A stretch of 64,000 nucleotides of DNA from a bacterium (GCA_963693055.1 OY843751.1:5024001-5088000), one strand, 5' to 3'; shown: positions 40,214 through 50,398, counted from the stretch's first letter. A program made the numbers and translations. Notes: generated by a model from the letters alone, not told the origin.

Positions 40214-41404
40214 TCAATCCATCATTTTTTTCATCACATCACCCAGTTTACTGATACCTGCTTCGATCTGTTCAGGATTTGCGTTAGAATAATTCAGCCG
40301 AAAACTGTTTTTCCCACCACCATCCACATAAAACGGATCGCCCGGAACAAAAGCGACCTTTTGTTCTATGGCAAGATCAAACAATTCCATTGATGATATA
40401 TGCTCAGGCATGGTCACCCAGATAAACATGCCTCCCTCGGGACGGGTGAATTGGATATTTTCAGGAAAGTATTTTTCAATCATGTTGACCATTGCATCCC
40501 GCTGTACGCGATAGGCCTCTTTAATATTCGCCATATGTGTATCAATATTACCCCGGGTATAGAAATGATGCACAATTCGTTGTCCAAAATAATTCGTATG
40601 TAAATCGCTGCCTTGCTTGGCTACAATCAGCTTTTCCATAATCGGCAGATCAGCACATACCCAGCCCAGTCGGAACGAAGGCACAACCGTCTTTGAAAAA
40701 GAACCCAGCAGAATAGATTGGTTCCCCACCTGTGTTTTTATGGGAGGAATATCTTCTCCCATAAATCGCAATGCCCCGTACGGATTATCTTCGACTAGCA
40801 GGGTTTGCGTGTTATTTAATATCTCCGCGACCTCGCCTCTCACCTTTGCAGAATAGGTGACTCCTGAAGGATTCTGAAAATTGGGAACGCTGTAATACAA
40901 CTTGACCGGTTTATCAAATGCCTGTTTGAAAGCTTCCAGGGCCGGACCATTGTCTGTTAACGGGACCGTAACAAACTCGGGTTGATAAAGAGACAAGGCC
41001 TGTATAGCGCCCAAATAACCGGGACTTTCAATCAGTACACGGTCTCCGGGTTCAATAAGAATTTTTGCCAAAAGGTCCAGACCTTGCTGTGAACCATTGG
41101 TAACAAGAATATTATCCGCACTAACATCCAGGTTGTATTGATCACGGTACTGCTGCGCAATCATCTCACGCAAAGGAGCATAACCTTCGGTTGTACTGTA
41201 TTGTAAAACAGAACGGCCTTCTTCTTCAAGCAGATCATTGCAAGCCTTTTGAATATCGGCAACAGGAAACAACTCGGGATTCGGTAAACCACCGGCAAAA
41301 GAAATGATCTCAGAATCAGCAGCAACCTTCAAGATCTCTCGAATAAAAGATTTTTGAACACGCATTACGCGATCAGCAAACAACCCGTTAAAATCGGTCA
41401 ACAT
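40214..41404 (-). CDS. PLP-dependent aminotransferase class I/II (LysN/MocR-like)
   Basis: ISFAGGLP, TNGSQQGLD, PNFQNPSG, EDNPY, GSFSKT, RPEGGMF, RLNYS. Confidence 0.92.
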   Translation of the reverse strand: MLTDFNGLFADRVMRVQKSFIREILKVAADSEIISFAGGLPNPELFPVADIQKACNDLLEEEGRSVLQYSTTEGYAPLREMIAQQYRDQYNLDVSADNILVTNGSQQGLDLLAKILIEPGDRVLIESPGYLGAIQALSLYQPEFVTVPLTDNGPALEAFKQAFDKPVKLYYSVPNFQNPSGVTYSAKVRGEVAEILNNTQTLLVEDNPYGALRFMGEDIPPIKTQVGNQSILLGSFSKTVVPSFRLGWVCADLPIMEKLIVAKQGSDLHTNYFGQRIVHHFYTRGNIDTHMANIKEAYRVQRDAMVNMIEKYFPENIQFTRPEGGMFIWVTMPEHISSMELFDLAIEQKVAFVPGDPFYVDGGGKNSFRLNYSNANPEQIEAGISKLGDVMKKMMD

Positions 41405-41415
41405 AAATTCCCTCT

Positions 41416-42408
41416 TTAAAAACCCAATACAAATTCAATCTTGTTGATCTCATCTTCAGATAATTCAGAATTTTTAAGCATTTCCAGGTTATCATCCAAC
41501 TGTTCAACACTGCTTGCTCCAATCAGTACAGACGTAACCCGTTTATCACGCAGCACCCATGCCAATGCCATTTGGGCAAGACTTTGGCCGCGCCCCTGTG
41601 CCATCTCATTCAGTGCGGTGATTTGTCTTTTCACACTCTCATCCAAAGCACTCTCACTTAAAAACCCATGCGGCTTGGCAATTCTGGAATCAGAAGGCAC
41701 ACCGTCAAGATAGCGGTTAGTCAATATTCCCTGTGCAAGCGGAGAATAGGCAATACACCCCACACTATTTTGTTCAAGTGTGTCCAGCAAATCCTCTTCG
41801 CACCAGCGTTCATACATGGAATAGCGCACCTGATGGATCAAACAATGCCGGCCCAACTCGTCCAGTATTTTCAAAGCATTTGCTGTCTGGTCCGGACGAT
41901 AATTGGAAATCCCTACATACAAAGCCTTACCCTGACGTACAATCAGGTCCAAAGCTTCCATGGTTTCTTCAAGCGGGGTTTCCGGATCAAACCGATGTGA
42001 ATAGAATATATCTACGTAATCCAGTCCCATACGTTTCAAACTTTGATCAAGACTGGCTACCAGGTATTTTTTAGAACCAAAGTCTCCATAAGGTCCGTCC
42101 CACATGGTATAACCTGCTTTGGTGGAAATAATCATCTCGTCACGATAGGGAGCAAAATCTGTTTTCAGCATCTTGCCAAACATTTCTTCTGCTGATCCTG
42201 GAGGAGGGCCATAATTATTGGCCAAATCAAAATGGGTAATACCGGCGTCAAAGGCGCGTCTGAGCATGGCCCGGCCATTTTCATATACATCAACTCCACC
42301 AAAATTGTGCCATAACCCCAATGAAATTGCAGGCAAATCGAGTCCACTAGCCCCACAGCGATTATATGTCATATCTGAATATCGGGTATTAGAAGCCTGA
42401 TAAACCAT
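41416..42408 (-). CDS. mgrA: L-glyceraldehyde 3-phosphate reductase (aldo/keto reductase, YghZ-like)
   Basis: LPAISLGLWHNFG, HFDLANNYGPPPGSAE, ISTKAGY, DIFYSHR, GKALYVGISNY. Confidence 0.9.
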   Translation of the reverse strand: MVYQASNTRYSDMTYNRCGASGLDLPAISLGLWHNFGGVDVYENGRAMLRRAFDAGITHFDLANNYGPPPGSAEEMFGKMLKTDFAPYRDEMIISTKAGYTMWDGPYGDFGSKKYLVASLDQSLKRMGLDYVDIFYSHRFDPETPLEETMEALDLIVRQGKALYVGISNYRPDQTANALKILDELGRHCLIHQVRYSMYERWCEEDLLDTLEQNSVGCIAYSPLAQGILTNRYLDGVPSDSRIAKPHGFLSESALDESVKRQITALNEMAQGRGQSLAQMALAWVLRDKRVTSVLIGASSVEQLDDNLEMLKNSELSEDEINKIEFVLGF

Positions 42409-42518
42409 AATAGATCCTTTCTTTTTTATATGATTGAAAAATACGGTTTTGTTCTCTATTAATCAACTGATATTGTAAGAAAGGACCGGCAAATCAAACC
42501 AGCATCACTAAATTTTTT

Positions 42519-43355
42519 TCAATTATGCAATGGTGGTAAAAGCCGTGAACGCTTTACATGGTACCTCACCAGGAGCAACACCCAAGTAAAGCATACAACA
42601 ATCGTTATTAGCGAAGCCTCGGGGCCAAAATCACCTCCGGTCAACCAGGCAGGCCCAACAAGATTACTCTTTATAAAGTGTGTTAGATCATCATTACCCG
42701 AAACCGCAACCCCATAAAAATTCTGACTAAAATTCCAAAACATATGAAAGGAAATGGGAAGCCACAGTCTGCCCGTGGCTGAATACATTAATCCAAAAAT
42801 CAAACTACCAAGCGTAGCAGAAAGCAATCCCGGCAAAGATATATTTTCATTAAAAACATGAGCCGTCATAAACAAAATGCTGGTAATCCCCAAAGCCCAC
42901 CAAATCCCCAGTTCTGTTTCAAGTATCCGATATAGCATCCCCCTGAACAACAATTCCTCCATCACACTCAACAACATAAAGAAAACCAGAGATGTCCCCA
43001 GAACAGATATAGAATAACAACCCTGAATTGAATATGCACCCAAACTCCACAACAATCCTATAATCAAGGATATGCTGCCAAAGCCAACCAGACCTCCCCC
43101 TAATAACGCTTTTGTAAAAAATGAAAAATTCAACTCGTCAACATCTCGTTTTTCAAATAAACGAACATAATAATAATAGGCCCCTAGTAATGCCGCTGTA
43201 GTAAATACGGCTTTGATTGTTTTCTCAGTTACTCCCTGAAATCCCAAAACATGCTGGAGTAAATAACCGGCAAAAAACTTGACCAACAAGGAAGCCCCTA
43301 ATACCCAAATGCATCCCCCTACTATGCGCAACAATATGAATCCTGTTTTTTTCAT
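42519..43355 (-). CDS. CPBP (Abi/CAAX) intramembrane metalloprotease
   Basis: EELLFRG, FMTAH, LWLPISFHMFWNF, LTGGDFGPEAS. Confidence 0.9.
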   Translation of the reverse strand: MKKTGFILLRIVGGCIWVLGASLLVKFFAGYLLQHVLGFQGVTEKTIKAVFTTAALLGAYYYYVRLFEKRDVDELNFSFFTKALLGGGLVGFGSISLIIGLLWSLGAYSIQGCYSISVLGTSLVFFMLLSVMEELLFRGMLYRILETELGIWWALGITSILFMTAHVFNENISLPGLLSATLGSLIFGLMYSATGRLWLPISFHMFWNFSQNFYGVAVSGNDDLTHFIKSNLVGPAWLTGGDFGPEASLITIVVCFTWVLLLVRYHVKRSRLLPPLHN

Positions 43356-43591
43356 AACCTCTCCTAAAATTGTATATACGCATAAATCTAAATATCAAAA
43401 TAACTACCAACAATAGGACTATTGTCTCATTTTCACCTATTCTCTTCAATATGCGCAGGATTGCCTTAATTCACAATTTTTAGTTGATATTCTACAGGCA
43501 AAAGGTTAACTTTATCTGCAAAACGGCCAAAATTCATTATATATTTTTTATGAATGTTTCTACCTAATCTATTGATTTTATTAATGCACTC

Positions 43592-44929
43592 TTGGAGGGC
43601 AACTTTATAAAAAAAAATATTACAGAAAAAATTTCGTTTTTTATGTTCATCATCTCTCTTTTGTGTATGGCTTATGGTTATGGATACCTGACTCACGAAT
43701 TAAAATTATTTCCATATTATCAGATAAAGAATGCAAACAGGTTTAGAGGTGAACTTTTAGCCAAACTCAAGGGCCATAAACAGTGGTTTTATCAAACCAC
43801 CGAAAATAACAAAAATGTTCCGGTTTATGAACATATCGCTGCATACAATGCTCCTACAATGTTTTCATGTATTGGCAATGATGAACATTTGTATATAAAA
43901 ATTGTCAATATGGACGGAAGTTTGGTACACCAATGGAAAACCGACTGGTTTGATCTCTGGCCCAAAGATGCTAAAATACATAAACGTTTTGTCCCCCAAA
44001 AACGCCCCGGCACAAACATTCATGGCATTGAGATTATGGATAATGGTGATATTGTTTTTATCTTTGAAGATATAGGCATGATATGTCTGGATGTATGTGG
44101 AAATTTAAAATGGCATATCAACTACTCGTTCCACCATTCCCTGCATCGTGATGAAGAAGGTAATTTTTGGGTTAGCGGAAATATTTGGCACGAATCCAGG
44201 ATCGAAAACTATTCATATTTAAATCCTGTGGTATTAGAACCTACTGTGGTCAAGGTGTCCCCTGATGGAAAGATATTGTCTGAAACATCAGTCTTTGACA
44301 TTCTTCGCCATAACGAGCTTGAATCTTTTTTGATCATGCAAACCAAAGCCAATATAACACCGCAAAATTCGGGTGATATATTGCACCTGAACGATGTTGA
44401 ACCCTTTCCTGCATCCATGGAACCCGGTTTTTTTCGTCCCGGCGATGTATTGATTTCATTACGAAATATGAACACCGTACTGGTCTATAACCTAGAAACA
44501 CTGGATGTTAAATATCAACGTACGGGCAAGTTCATTAGACAACATGATCCGGACTTTATAGACGGCAACACAATCTCCTTGTATGACAATAACAATTTGG
44601 ATATAAAAAATGACTCGGTACAAAGCAGAATCGTCATGTTCCATCTGCCGGAAGACCGGGCACAGGTTATCTATAGCGGCAGCAAAGAAGAACCTTTTTT
44701 CTCAAAAATCATGGGCAAGCATCAATGGCTTCCAAATGAAAATCTGTTAATAACAGATTCGCTATCCGGACGTGTATTTGAAATCGATAAATCAGGTAAA
44801 ATTGTCTGGGAATATTTTAATCTAGTAGAAAAAGGGTACACAGGCATTATAGGCGAAGCAAAACGGATATCCCCGGTTTTTAATAAAACATTTTTTGAAA
44901 AAAGAAAAAGTGAATGTAGAGACAACTAA
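43592..44929 (+). CDS. Arylsulfotransferase (ASST) family protein, membrane-anchored; start uncertain (TTG 43592 or ATA 43607)
   Basis: N-terminal TM; HHS, DILHLNDVE, LISLRNMN, RQHDPDF, YDNN, WLPNENLLIT, GRVFEI. Confidence 0.82.
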   Translation: MEGNFIKKNITEKISFFMFIISLLCMAYGYGYLTHELKLFPYYQIKNANRFRGELLAKLKGHKQWFYQTTENNKNVPVYEHIAAYNAPTMFSCIGNDEHLYIKIVNMDGSLVHQWKTDWFDLWPKDAKIHKRFVPQKRPGTNIHGIEIMDNGDIVFIFEDIGMICLDVCGNLKWHINYSFHHSLHRDEEGNFWVSGNIWHESRIENYSYLNPVVLEPTVVKVSPDGKILSETSVFDILRHNELESFLIMQTKANITPQNSGDILHLNDVEPFPASMEPGFFRPGDVLISLRNMNTVLVYNLETLDVKYQRTGKFIRQHDPDFIDGNTISLYDNNNLDIKNDSVQSRIVMFHLPEDRAQVIYSGSKEEPFFSKIMGKHQWLPNENLLITDSLSGRVFEIDKSGKIVWEYFNLVEKGYTGIIGEAKRISPVFNKTFFEKRKSECRDN

Positions 44930-44944
44930 CAACAAGGATCGGAC

Positions 44945-46261
44945 TTGAAAAATTTTAAAGAGAACCTTCCCAAATACATGTTTATGTTCTCATTTGTATT
45001 TATGGCATTTATTTATGGTTATATATGCAAAGAATTAAACCTGTTTCCTTCAAAACAGATACAAAGTGCAAATACTTTTCGAGTAACTTTGATGCAACAA
45101 CTTGCCGGAGAAAAACAATGGTATTACCAACCCACTGAGGAGGAACAAAACGTACCCATTTACAATAAAGACATGGCGTTTAATGGCTCTACCCTGTTTT
45201 CCTGTGTTGGCGAAGATAATTATTTATTTGTAAAAATCGTAGATATGGACGGCAGCCTGATTCACCAATGGAAAATCGACTGGTTCGAAATTTGGCCGGA
45301 TTGTGAGCATGTGCCCGAAGCAGATATACCCAAATCAAGACCCGGCACTCAAATCCAGGGAATCACATTATTAAACAATGGTGATTTGGTGTTCAACTTT
45401 TCCGGTCTGGGATTGGTACGCATGGATCCATGTGGCAAAGTTGTGTGGCGCCTTGCATATCGGACCCATCATTCAATCCATCAGGATGAACAGGGGAACC
45501 TGTGGGTTCCCAGGGATATCTCCCATCAATCCAAAGTAGCGGATTATCCTTTCCTTAAACCCATCTTTTTAGAACCAACAATATTAAAAATTTCTCCCGA
45601 GGGAAAAGTGCTCAAAGAAATCTCCATGTTAGACGTGCTTGTAAGGAACAATTACAAAAGTTTGTTAGTGATGTCTACCAAAGCCCGTACCGATGTAAAA
45701 ACCTCCGGTGATATTTTACACCTGAACGATGTGGAAACTTTTCCGGATTCCATGAAAGAAGGCTTTTTCACTAAAGGAGACATTCTGGTCTCTCTGCGCA
45801 ACATAAACACGATCCTCGTATTCAATGAATCAGACCTGAAAATCAAGTATCTTAAAATCGGTGATTTTGTTAGACAACATGATGCTGATTTTATTGATGG
45901 CAATACGATCTCGGTTTATGACAATAACAACATTGCTCAAAAAGATAAATTCATGTACAGCACTATAACAATACTTGATGTGGTAACCAACCAAACCCGC
46001 ATCCATTACAAGGGCACTCCGGAAGCACCTTTTTTCTCCAATTTGATGGGTCGTCATCAATGGTTACCCAATGGCAACATGTTAATCACAGAATCTTCTA
46101 CCGGTCGCGCATTTGAGATCAATGAAAATGGCAAAATCGTATGGGATTATTTTAATATAGTTGAAAAAGGATATGTGGGCATTATGGAAGAAGCCATACG
46201 TATCTCCCCTGATTTTAATCAGGAATTTTTTACAAAGAAAATTGCCGAATGTTCTGATTAA
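44945..46261 (+). CDS. Arylsulfotransferase (ASST) family protein, tandem paralog
   Basis: Same motifs (THHS, DILHLNDVE, SLRNIN, RQHDADF, WLPNGNMLITE); collinear with the upstream gene. Confidence 0.82.
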   Translation: MKNFKENLPKYMFMFSFVFMAFIYGYICKELNLFPSKQIQSANTFRVTLMQQLAGEKQWYYQPTEEEQNVPIYNKDMAFNGSTLFSCVGEDNYLFVKIVDMDGSLIHQWKIDWFEIWPDCEHVPEADIPKSRPGTQIQGITLLNNGDLVFNFSGLGLVRMDPCGKVVWRLAYRTHHSIHQDEQGNLWVPRDISHQSKVADYPFLKPIFLEPTILKISPEGKVLKEISMLDVLVRNNYKSLLVMSTKARTDVKTSGDILHLNDVETFPDSMKEGFFTKGDILVSLRNINTILVFNESDLKIKYLKIGDFVRQHDADFIDGNTISVYDNNNIAQKDKFMYSTITILDVVTNQTRIHYKGTPEAPFFSNLMGRHQWLPNGNMLITESSTGRAFEINENGKIVWDYFNIVEKGYVGIMEEAIRISPDFNQEFFTKKIAECSD

Positions 46262-46366
46262 TTAAAAAAGAACAATGAATTTTTTGAGCTATCAAAAAAA
46301 TATGAAATAAATAATAAATTTAGTATATTTAATGTTGTTAATATTGATATGTTTAGGAGTTACATC

Positions 46367-46603
46367 ATGAAAAATACATCGAAAATATTATTGGTTTTTT
46401 CAGCTATTTTACTATTCCTGGGCCCCCAAAATGCTGCGGCATATATAGGACCGGGAACCGGCTTGTCTGCAATTGGTGCTTTTCTTGCCTTTATTTTTGG
46501 TATCATTGTAGCTATTTTAGGTTTCTTGTGGTATCCCGTTAAAAGAATTTTCGGTAAGAAAAAATCTCAGGAACCTGATGAAATCAAAGGTGAAAACGAA
46601 TAA
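46367..46603 (+). CDS. Small membrane protein with AYIGPGTG motif
   Basis: ATG 46367 behind AGGAG; signal-like segment ending AAA, then YIGPGTG, one TM helix and WYPVKR. Confidence 0.75.
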   Translation: MKNTSKILLVFSAILLFLGPQNAAAYIGPGTGLSAIGAFLAFIFGIIVAILGFLWYPVKRIFGKKKSQEPDEIKGENE

Positions 46604-46983
46604 TGACTATTGTAGGTGCAATCATTCTGGTTGTTGGTTTTATTGCTATTATAAATATATTTGATCTTGTAGGAAAAAGTAAAAAAGTCATAGATGTGGC
46701 AAAGCATTCTGCAGATGTATTTCAAAATCCGGATATGAGTGATCTGGAAAAAGAAAAAGCCATGCAAAAAAATTCAATTATCCTTTTCAAATATTTTTTT
46801 ATTATTGTGGCTGTCTGTGCAATTGCTGTCTTTGCTCCCCTGGGTGTTATTTGGCTGGTCCAATTGACGGGTGTAACAACAGTTGAAAATGTACTCCACG
46901 CAACATTTTCATGGCAATTTATTGTGATCAGTTCTATCTTCATCATCGGCATTACCTGGTTGTTACGGAGAAAAAATGTCTGA
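46603..46983 (+). CDS. Hypothetical 3-TM membrane protein
   Basis: Coupled to both neighbours; MSDLEKEKAMQK loop between hydrophobic segments. Confidence 0.75.
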   Translation: MTIVGAIILVVGFIAIINIFDLVGKSKKVIDVAKHSADVFQNPDMSDLEKEKAMQKNSIILFKYFFIIVAVCAIAVFAPLGVIWLVQLTGVTTVENVLHATFSWQFIVISSIFIIGITWLLRRKNV

Positions 46984-48055
46984 TTTTGAAAACAAGTACT
47001 CTTTAATAGAAAAAATGCTGCACGATGTAGCCTTTAAAACCTGGCCCTCCCAAATTGCAATGTCTGATCTTGAAAGCCGATTAAACAAGAAAAAACTGAA
47101 AGGCATCGGCATTGAGCAGCCAACCTTTATAACCGCACTTCCCCGTGCCGGTACAACTTTGCTGCTTGAACTTGCTGTAGAAACCCAAGAGTTTGTTTCA
47201 CACACCTATCGTGATATGCCCTTTCTATTGACACCTCTGTTTTGGAACAGTTTTTCAAAAATCTTTAAACAATCAGATACGCCTCGCGAACGTGCTCATG
47301 GAGATGGCATGCTGGTCAGTGTTGACAGTCCCGAAGCCTTTGAAGAAATCATCTGGAAAGCGTTTTGGCCATCACGTTACAGAAAGGATAAAATTGTACC
47401 CTGGGCAGAACCAAGCTATCCGGAATTTGAAGCATTCCTTCGAGATCATCTTGTCAAGCTCATAGCCTTGCGTGGTAATGGTGAAAAAAGCAGACGTTAC
47501 ATTTCCAAAAACAATCTCAACATTTCCCGGTTAAAATATATCAACAAAATTTTCCCCGACGCAATCATCATTGTGCCCTTTAGAGATCCCATACAGCACG
47601 CGTCTTCACTGTTACGACAACATCTTAATTTTATCAACATTCATAAAGAAGATGCTTTTGCAAAAAAATATATGGCTGCAATAGGGCATTTTGATTTTGG
47701 TGAAAACCTAAAACCTGTAGATTTTGATAACTGGCTAGATTCTGCCGCTGTACAGGACCCACAAAAAATAGATTTTTGGCTGCAATATTGGTCAGACGCT
47801 TACAACTATATGATGAACAACAGTAATGACAACATTCAATTTATAGCATACGATGCCATGTGTGAAAATCCATCCAAACACATGAAAACCTTTGCGGAAA
47901 TGTTAAAACTGAAAAAACCGGACATCCTTTTACAACAAGCTGAAAGAATTGCTCCACCCAAACCCTATCAGGTCGGGCTTGACACTATTGATGCAACAAT
48001 TCTGGATAAAGTAAATTCAACGCATTTACGCCTGAAAGAAATATCCAAATTTTAA
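46976..48055 (+). CDS. PAPS-dependent sulfotransferase
   Basis: 5'-PSB loop FITALPRAGTTLL; ERAHGDG, SPEAFEE, YISKNN; 3'-PB motif FRDPIQHASS; YDAMCENP. Confidence 0.88.
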   Translation: MSDFENKYSLIEKMLHDVAFKTWPSQIAMSDLESRLNKKKLKGIGIEQPTFITALPRAGTTLLLELAVETQEFVSHTYRDMPFLLTPLFWNSFSKIFKQSDTPRERAHGDGMLVSVDSPEAFEEIIWKAFWPSRYRKDKIVPWAEPSYPEFEAFLRDHLVKLIALRGNGEKSRRYISKNNLNISRLKYINKIFPDAIIIVPFRDPIQHASSLLRQHLNFINIHKEDAFAKKYMAAIGHFDFGENLKPVDFDNWLDSAAVQDPQKIDFWLQYWSDAYNYMMNNSNDNIQFIAYDAMCENPSKHMKTFAEMLKLKKPDILLQQAERIAPPKPYQVGLDTIDATILDKVNSTHLRLKEISKF

Positions 48056-48215
48056 CAATCCCTTCTTCTCAACTTTTAATTTTACAATCCTCTTAATATG
48101 TCTTCCCCTAGTATTGATCAAGGCTTATTTTTTTATAACAAAATCAAACTATTCATTGCGTATTGCGTATAAAACCTTACATTTAATTAGACAGTAATGA
48201 AAAAAGGGGATTCAC

Positions 48216-48596
48216 ATGGAATTACTGAACTATTACACAGGATGGACCAGTATTATACTGGGCTTTGTTGCCGGGGCGGTAATTGGTTTGTTTTTTTACA
48301 AAGACAATTGGGCTGGCGGCTATAACTCCTGGCAAAGAAGAATGATGCGATTGGGACACATCTCTTTTTTCGGACTCGGTTTTATAAACCTGGTTTTTGC
48401 ACTAAGCATTAAAAGCTTTCAAATTCAATTAACCACAGATCTGCCGTTTTACTTGCTGACCGCTGGTAACATCCTGATGCCAACAATATGTTTTTTATCC
48501 GCTTACAAGAGAAATTTCAGACAACTCTTTCCTCTGCCAGTTGCATGTATGTTAATTGGCACTTTAATCTTTATTTTAAATGGGGGTTTATTATGA
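48216..48596 (+). CDS. Conserved 4-TM membrane protein
   Basis: WAGGYNSWQRRMMRLGHISFFGLG motif; overlaps the radical SAM start (ATGA). Confidence 0.75.
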   Translation: MELLNYYTGWTSIILGFVAGAVIGLFFYKDNWAGGYNSWQRRMMRLGHISFFGLGFINLVFALSIKSFQIQLTTDLPFYLLTAGNILMPTICFLSAYKRNFRQLFPLPVACMLIGTLIFILNGGLL

Positions 48597-49927
48597 AAAT
48601 TGCACTGACAGCAATGAGTGGAATCCGAGCCTACGACCAGGAACTGTTGGAACTGGGGTTAACATTGCCCGGTTTTGTTGAAAGGAGTAAAGTAATAGCA
48701 TCTTTACCCAGCCTGGGTCTGTTAACACTTGCGGGTATGACACCCAGCCACCATGAGCTGGAATATATTGAAGTACCGGATATTGAAAACAAATCCGCAA
48801 TTGTAGACAGGTTAAAAGATTTTGATCTGGTTGCCATTTCAAGTTTTAGTGCACAAATTAAAGAAGCTTATGAGCTGGGCAATGCCTTATTACAGCACGA
48901 TGTGGCTGTTGTATTGGGTGGTTTACATACAACCGCCCTGCCCGATGAAGCAAAACAGCATTGTACGTCTGTGGTAGTAGGTGAAGGTGAACTCACATGG
49001 CAGCAACTGCTCAAAGATGCAGAAACAAAAAAGCTTGACCCGATATATGGAAATCGTGAGCAGGAATTTGATTTGAATGACGCTCCAATGCCTGCTTTTG
49101 AATTGTTAAACATAGACAATTATAATCGTCTGACCGTTCAAACCAGCCGTGGATGCCCTCACTTTTGTGAATTCTGCGCTAATACCATCATGCTCACCCG
49201 AAAATACAAACAAAAACCCCAAGCCAAAGTACTGGCTGAAATCGACAAAATCCGGGAAATATGGCCTCATCCCTTTATAGAGTTTGCAGATGACAATACC
49301 TTTGTAAACAAGGATTATTGGAAAGCCCTGTTACCTGAGCTAAAGAAAAGAAAGATTCGCTGGTTTACCGAGACCGATATATCCATAGCAAACGATACAG
49401 AACTTTTACATCTCATGCGTGAAAGCGGATGCGCGCAGGTACTGATTGGGCTTGAAAGTCCTACATCCGGTTCGCTTAGAGGTCTGGATACCAGAAGTAA
49501 CTGGAAAGAAAAACAATTTCCAAAATACATGCAGGCAATAAAAACCATTCAATCACAAGGTATTAGTGTAAACGGATGCTTTATATTGGGACTGGATGGG
49601 CAAGATACCTCCGTGTTTGATAAAGTCTATGACTTTGTTGAAAAATCAGGTTTACATGAAGTACAAATCACCGTACAAACGGCATTCCCAGGAACATTAC
49701 TTTATGAAAGATTGGTAAATGAAAAACGGATAATTGAATTAGGTGCCTGGGAAAAATGCACCCTTTTCGACATCAACTTTATCCCAAAGAACATGACCGT
49801 TCAAAAACTGGGCAAAGAATTCAGAGAATTGGGTGTTAAATTATATAACAAAGATTTTACCAGAAAGAGGCAGGACCATTTTAAAGAACTGCTGAGGGAG
49901 CTGGTCAGGTCCCGGCATTCAAATTAA
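48593..49927 (+). CDS. B12-binding-domain radical SAM protein
   Basis: LPSLGLLTLAG, VVLGGLH, VVGEGE; CxxxCxxC in SRGCPHFCEFC; FADDN, IGLES, FILGLDG, AFPGT. Confidence 0.92.
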   Translation: MKIALTAMSGIRAYDQELLELGLTLPGFVERSKVIASLPSLGLLTLAGMTPSHHELEYIEVPDIENKSAIVDRLKDFDLVAISSFSAQIKEAYELGNALLQHDVAVVLGGLHTTALPDEAKQHCTSVVVGEGELTWQQLLKDAETKKLDPIYGNREQEFDLNDAPMPAFELLNIDNYNRLTVQTSRGCPHFCEFCANTIMLTRKYKQKPQAKVLAEIDKIREIWPHPFIEFADDNTFVNKDYWKALLPELKKRKIRWFTETDISIANDTELLHLMRESGCAQVLIGLESPTSGSLRGLDTRSNWKEKQFPKYMQAIKTIQSQGISVNGCFILGLDGQDTSVFDKVYDFVEKSGLHEVQITVQTAFPGTLLYERLVNEKRIIELGAWEKCTLFDINFIPKNMTVQKLGKEFRELGVKLYNKDFTRKRQDHFKELLRELVRSRHSN

Positions 49928-49951
49928 AATCCTAACTGAAAGGAGAACCCT

Positions 49952-50335
49952 GTGAAAAACATCAGGTTAATATCTCTTTTGTTCTATACAAGCGCAGTAT
50001 ATGACGGGCTGCTGGGAATCATATTTCTATTTTTCCCACTGTCACTATACAAGGTTTATTCGGTTACCTTTCCAAACCATAATGGATACGTACAATTTCC
50101 GGCACTATTGTTAATAATATTTGGAATCATGTTTCTGAATATTGCCAGAAAGCCCGTACAAAACCGGAATTTAATGCCATATGGTATATTATTAAAAGCC
50201 GCCTATTGTGGTGTCGTCTTTGTATACTGGTTTTCAATCAATATTCCGGATATGTGGAAACCTTTTGCAATCATTGACCTGATTTTTGGTATCCTGTTCT
50301 ATCTCTCTTATCGCTCGCTACAAAACAACAATTGA
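49952..50335 (+). CDS. Hypothetical 4-TM membrane protein
   Basis: GTG behind AAGGAG; YDGLLG, NHNGYVQFPA, YGILLK. Confidence 0.75.
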   Translation: MKNIRLISLLFYTSAVYDGLLGIIFLFFPLSLYKVYSVTFPNHNGYVQFPALLLIIFGIMFLNIARKPVQNRNLMPYGILLKAAYCGVVFVYWFSINIPDMWKPFAIIDLIFGILFYLSYRSLQNNN

Positions 50336-50360
50336 ATTAACTGATATCGTTTTACATTTC

Positions 50361-50398
50361 AGCATAACAGGAACTCCCAAGGTTCCTGTTATGCTTTT
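50361..50398 (+). terminator. Rho-independent terminator
   Basis: AGCATAACAGGAAC-7 nt-GTTCCTGTTATGCT, perfect 14-bp stem plus a T-run. Confidence 0.8.

Noticed and set aside
42519-43355. Abi-domain gene as an abortive-infection system
   Set aside because: Intact CPBP metalloprotease motifs; this family name does not imply phage defence.
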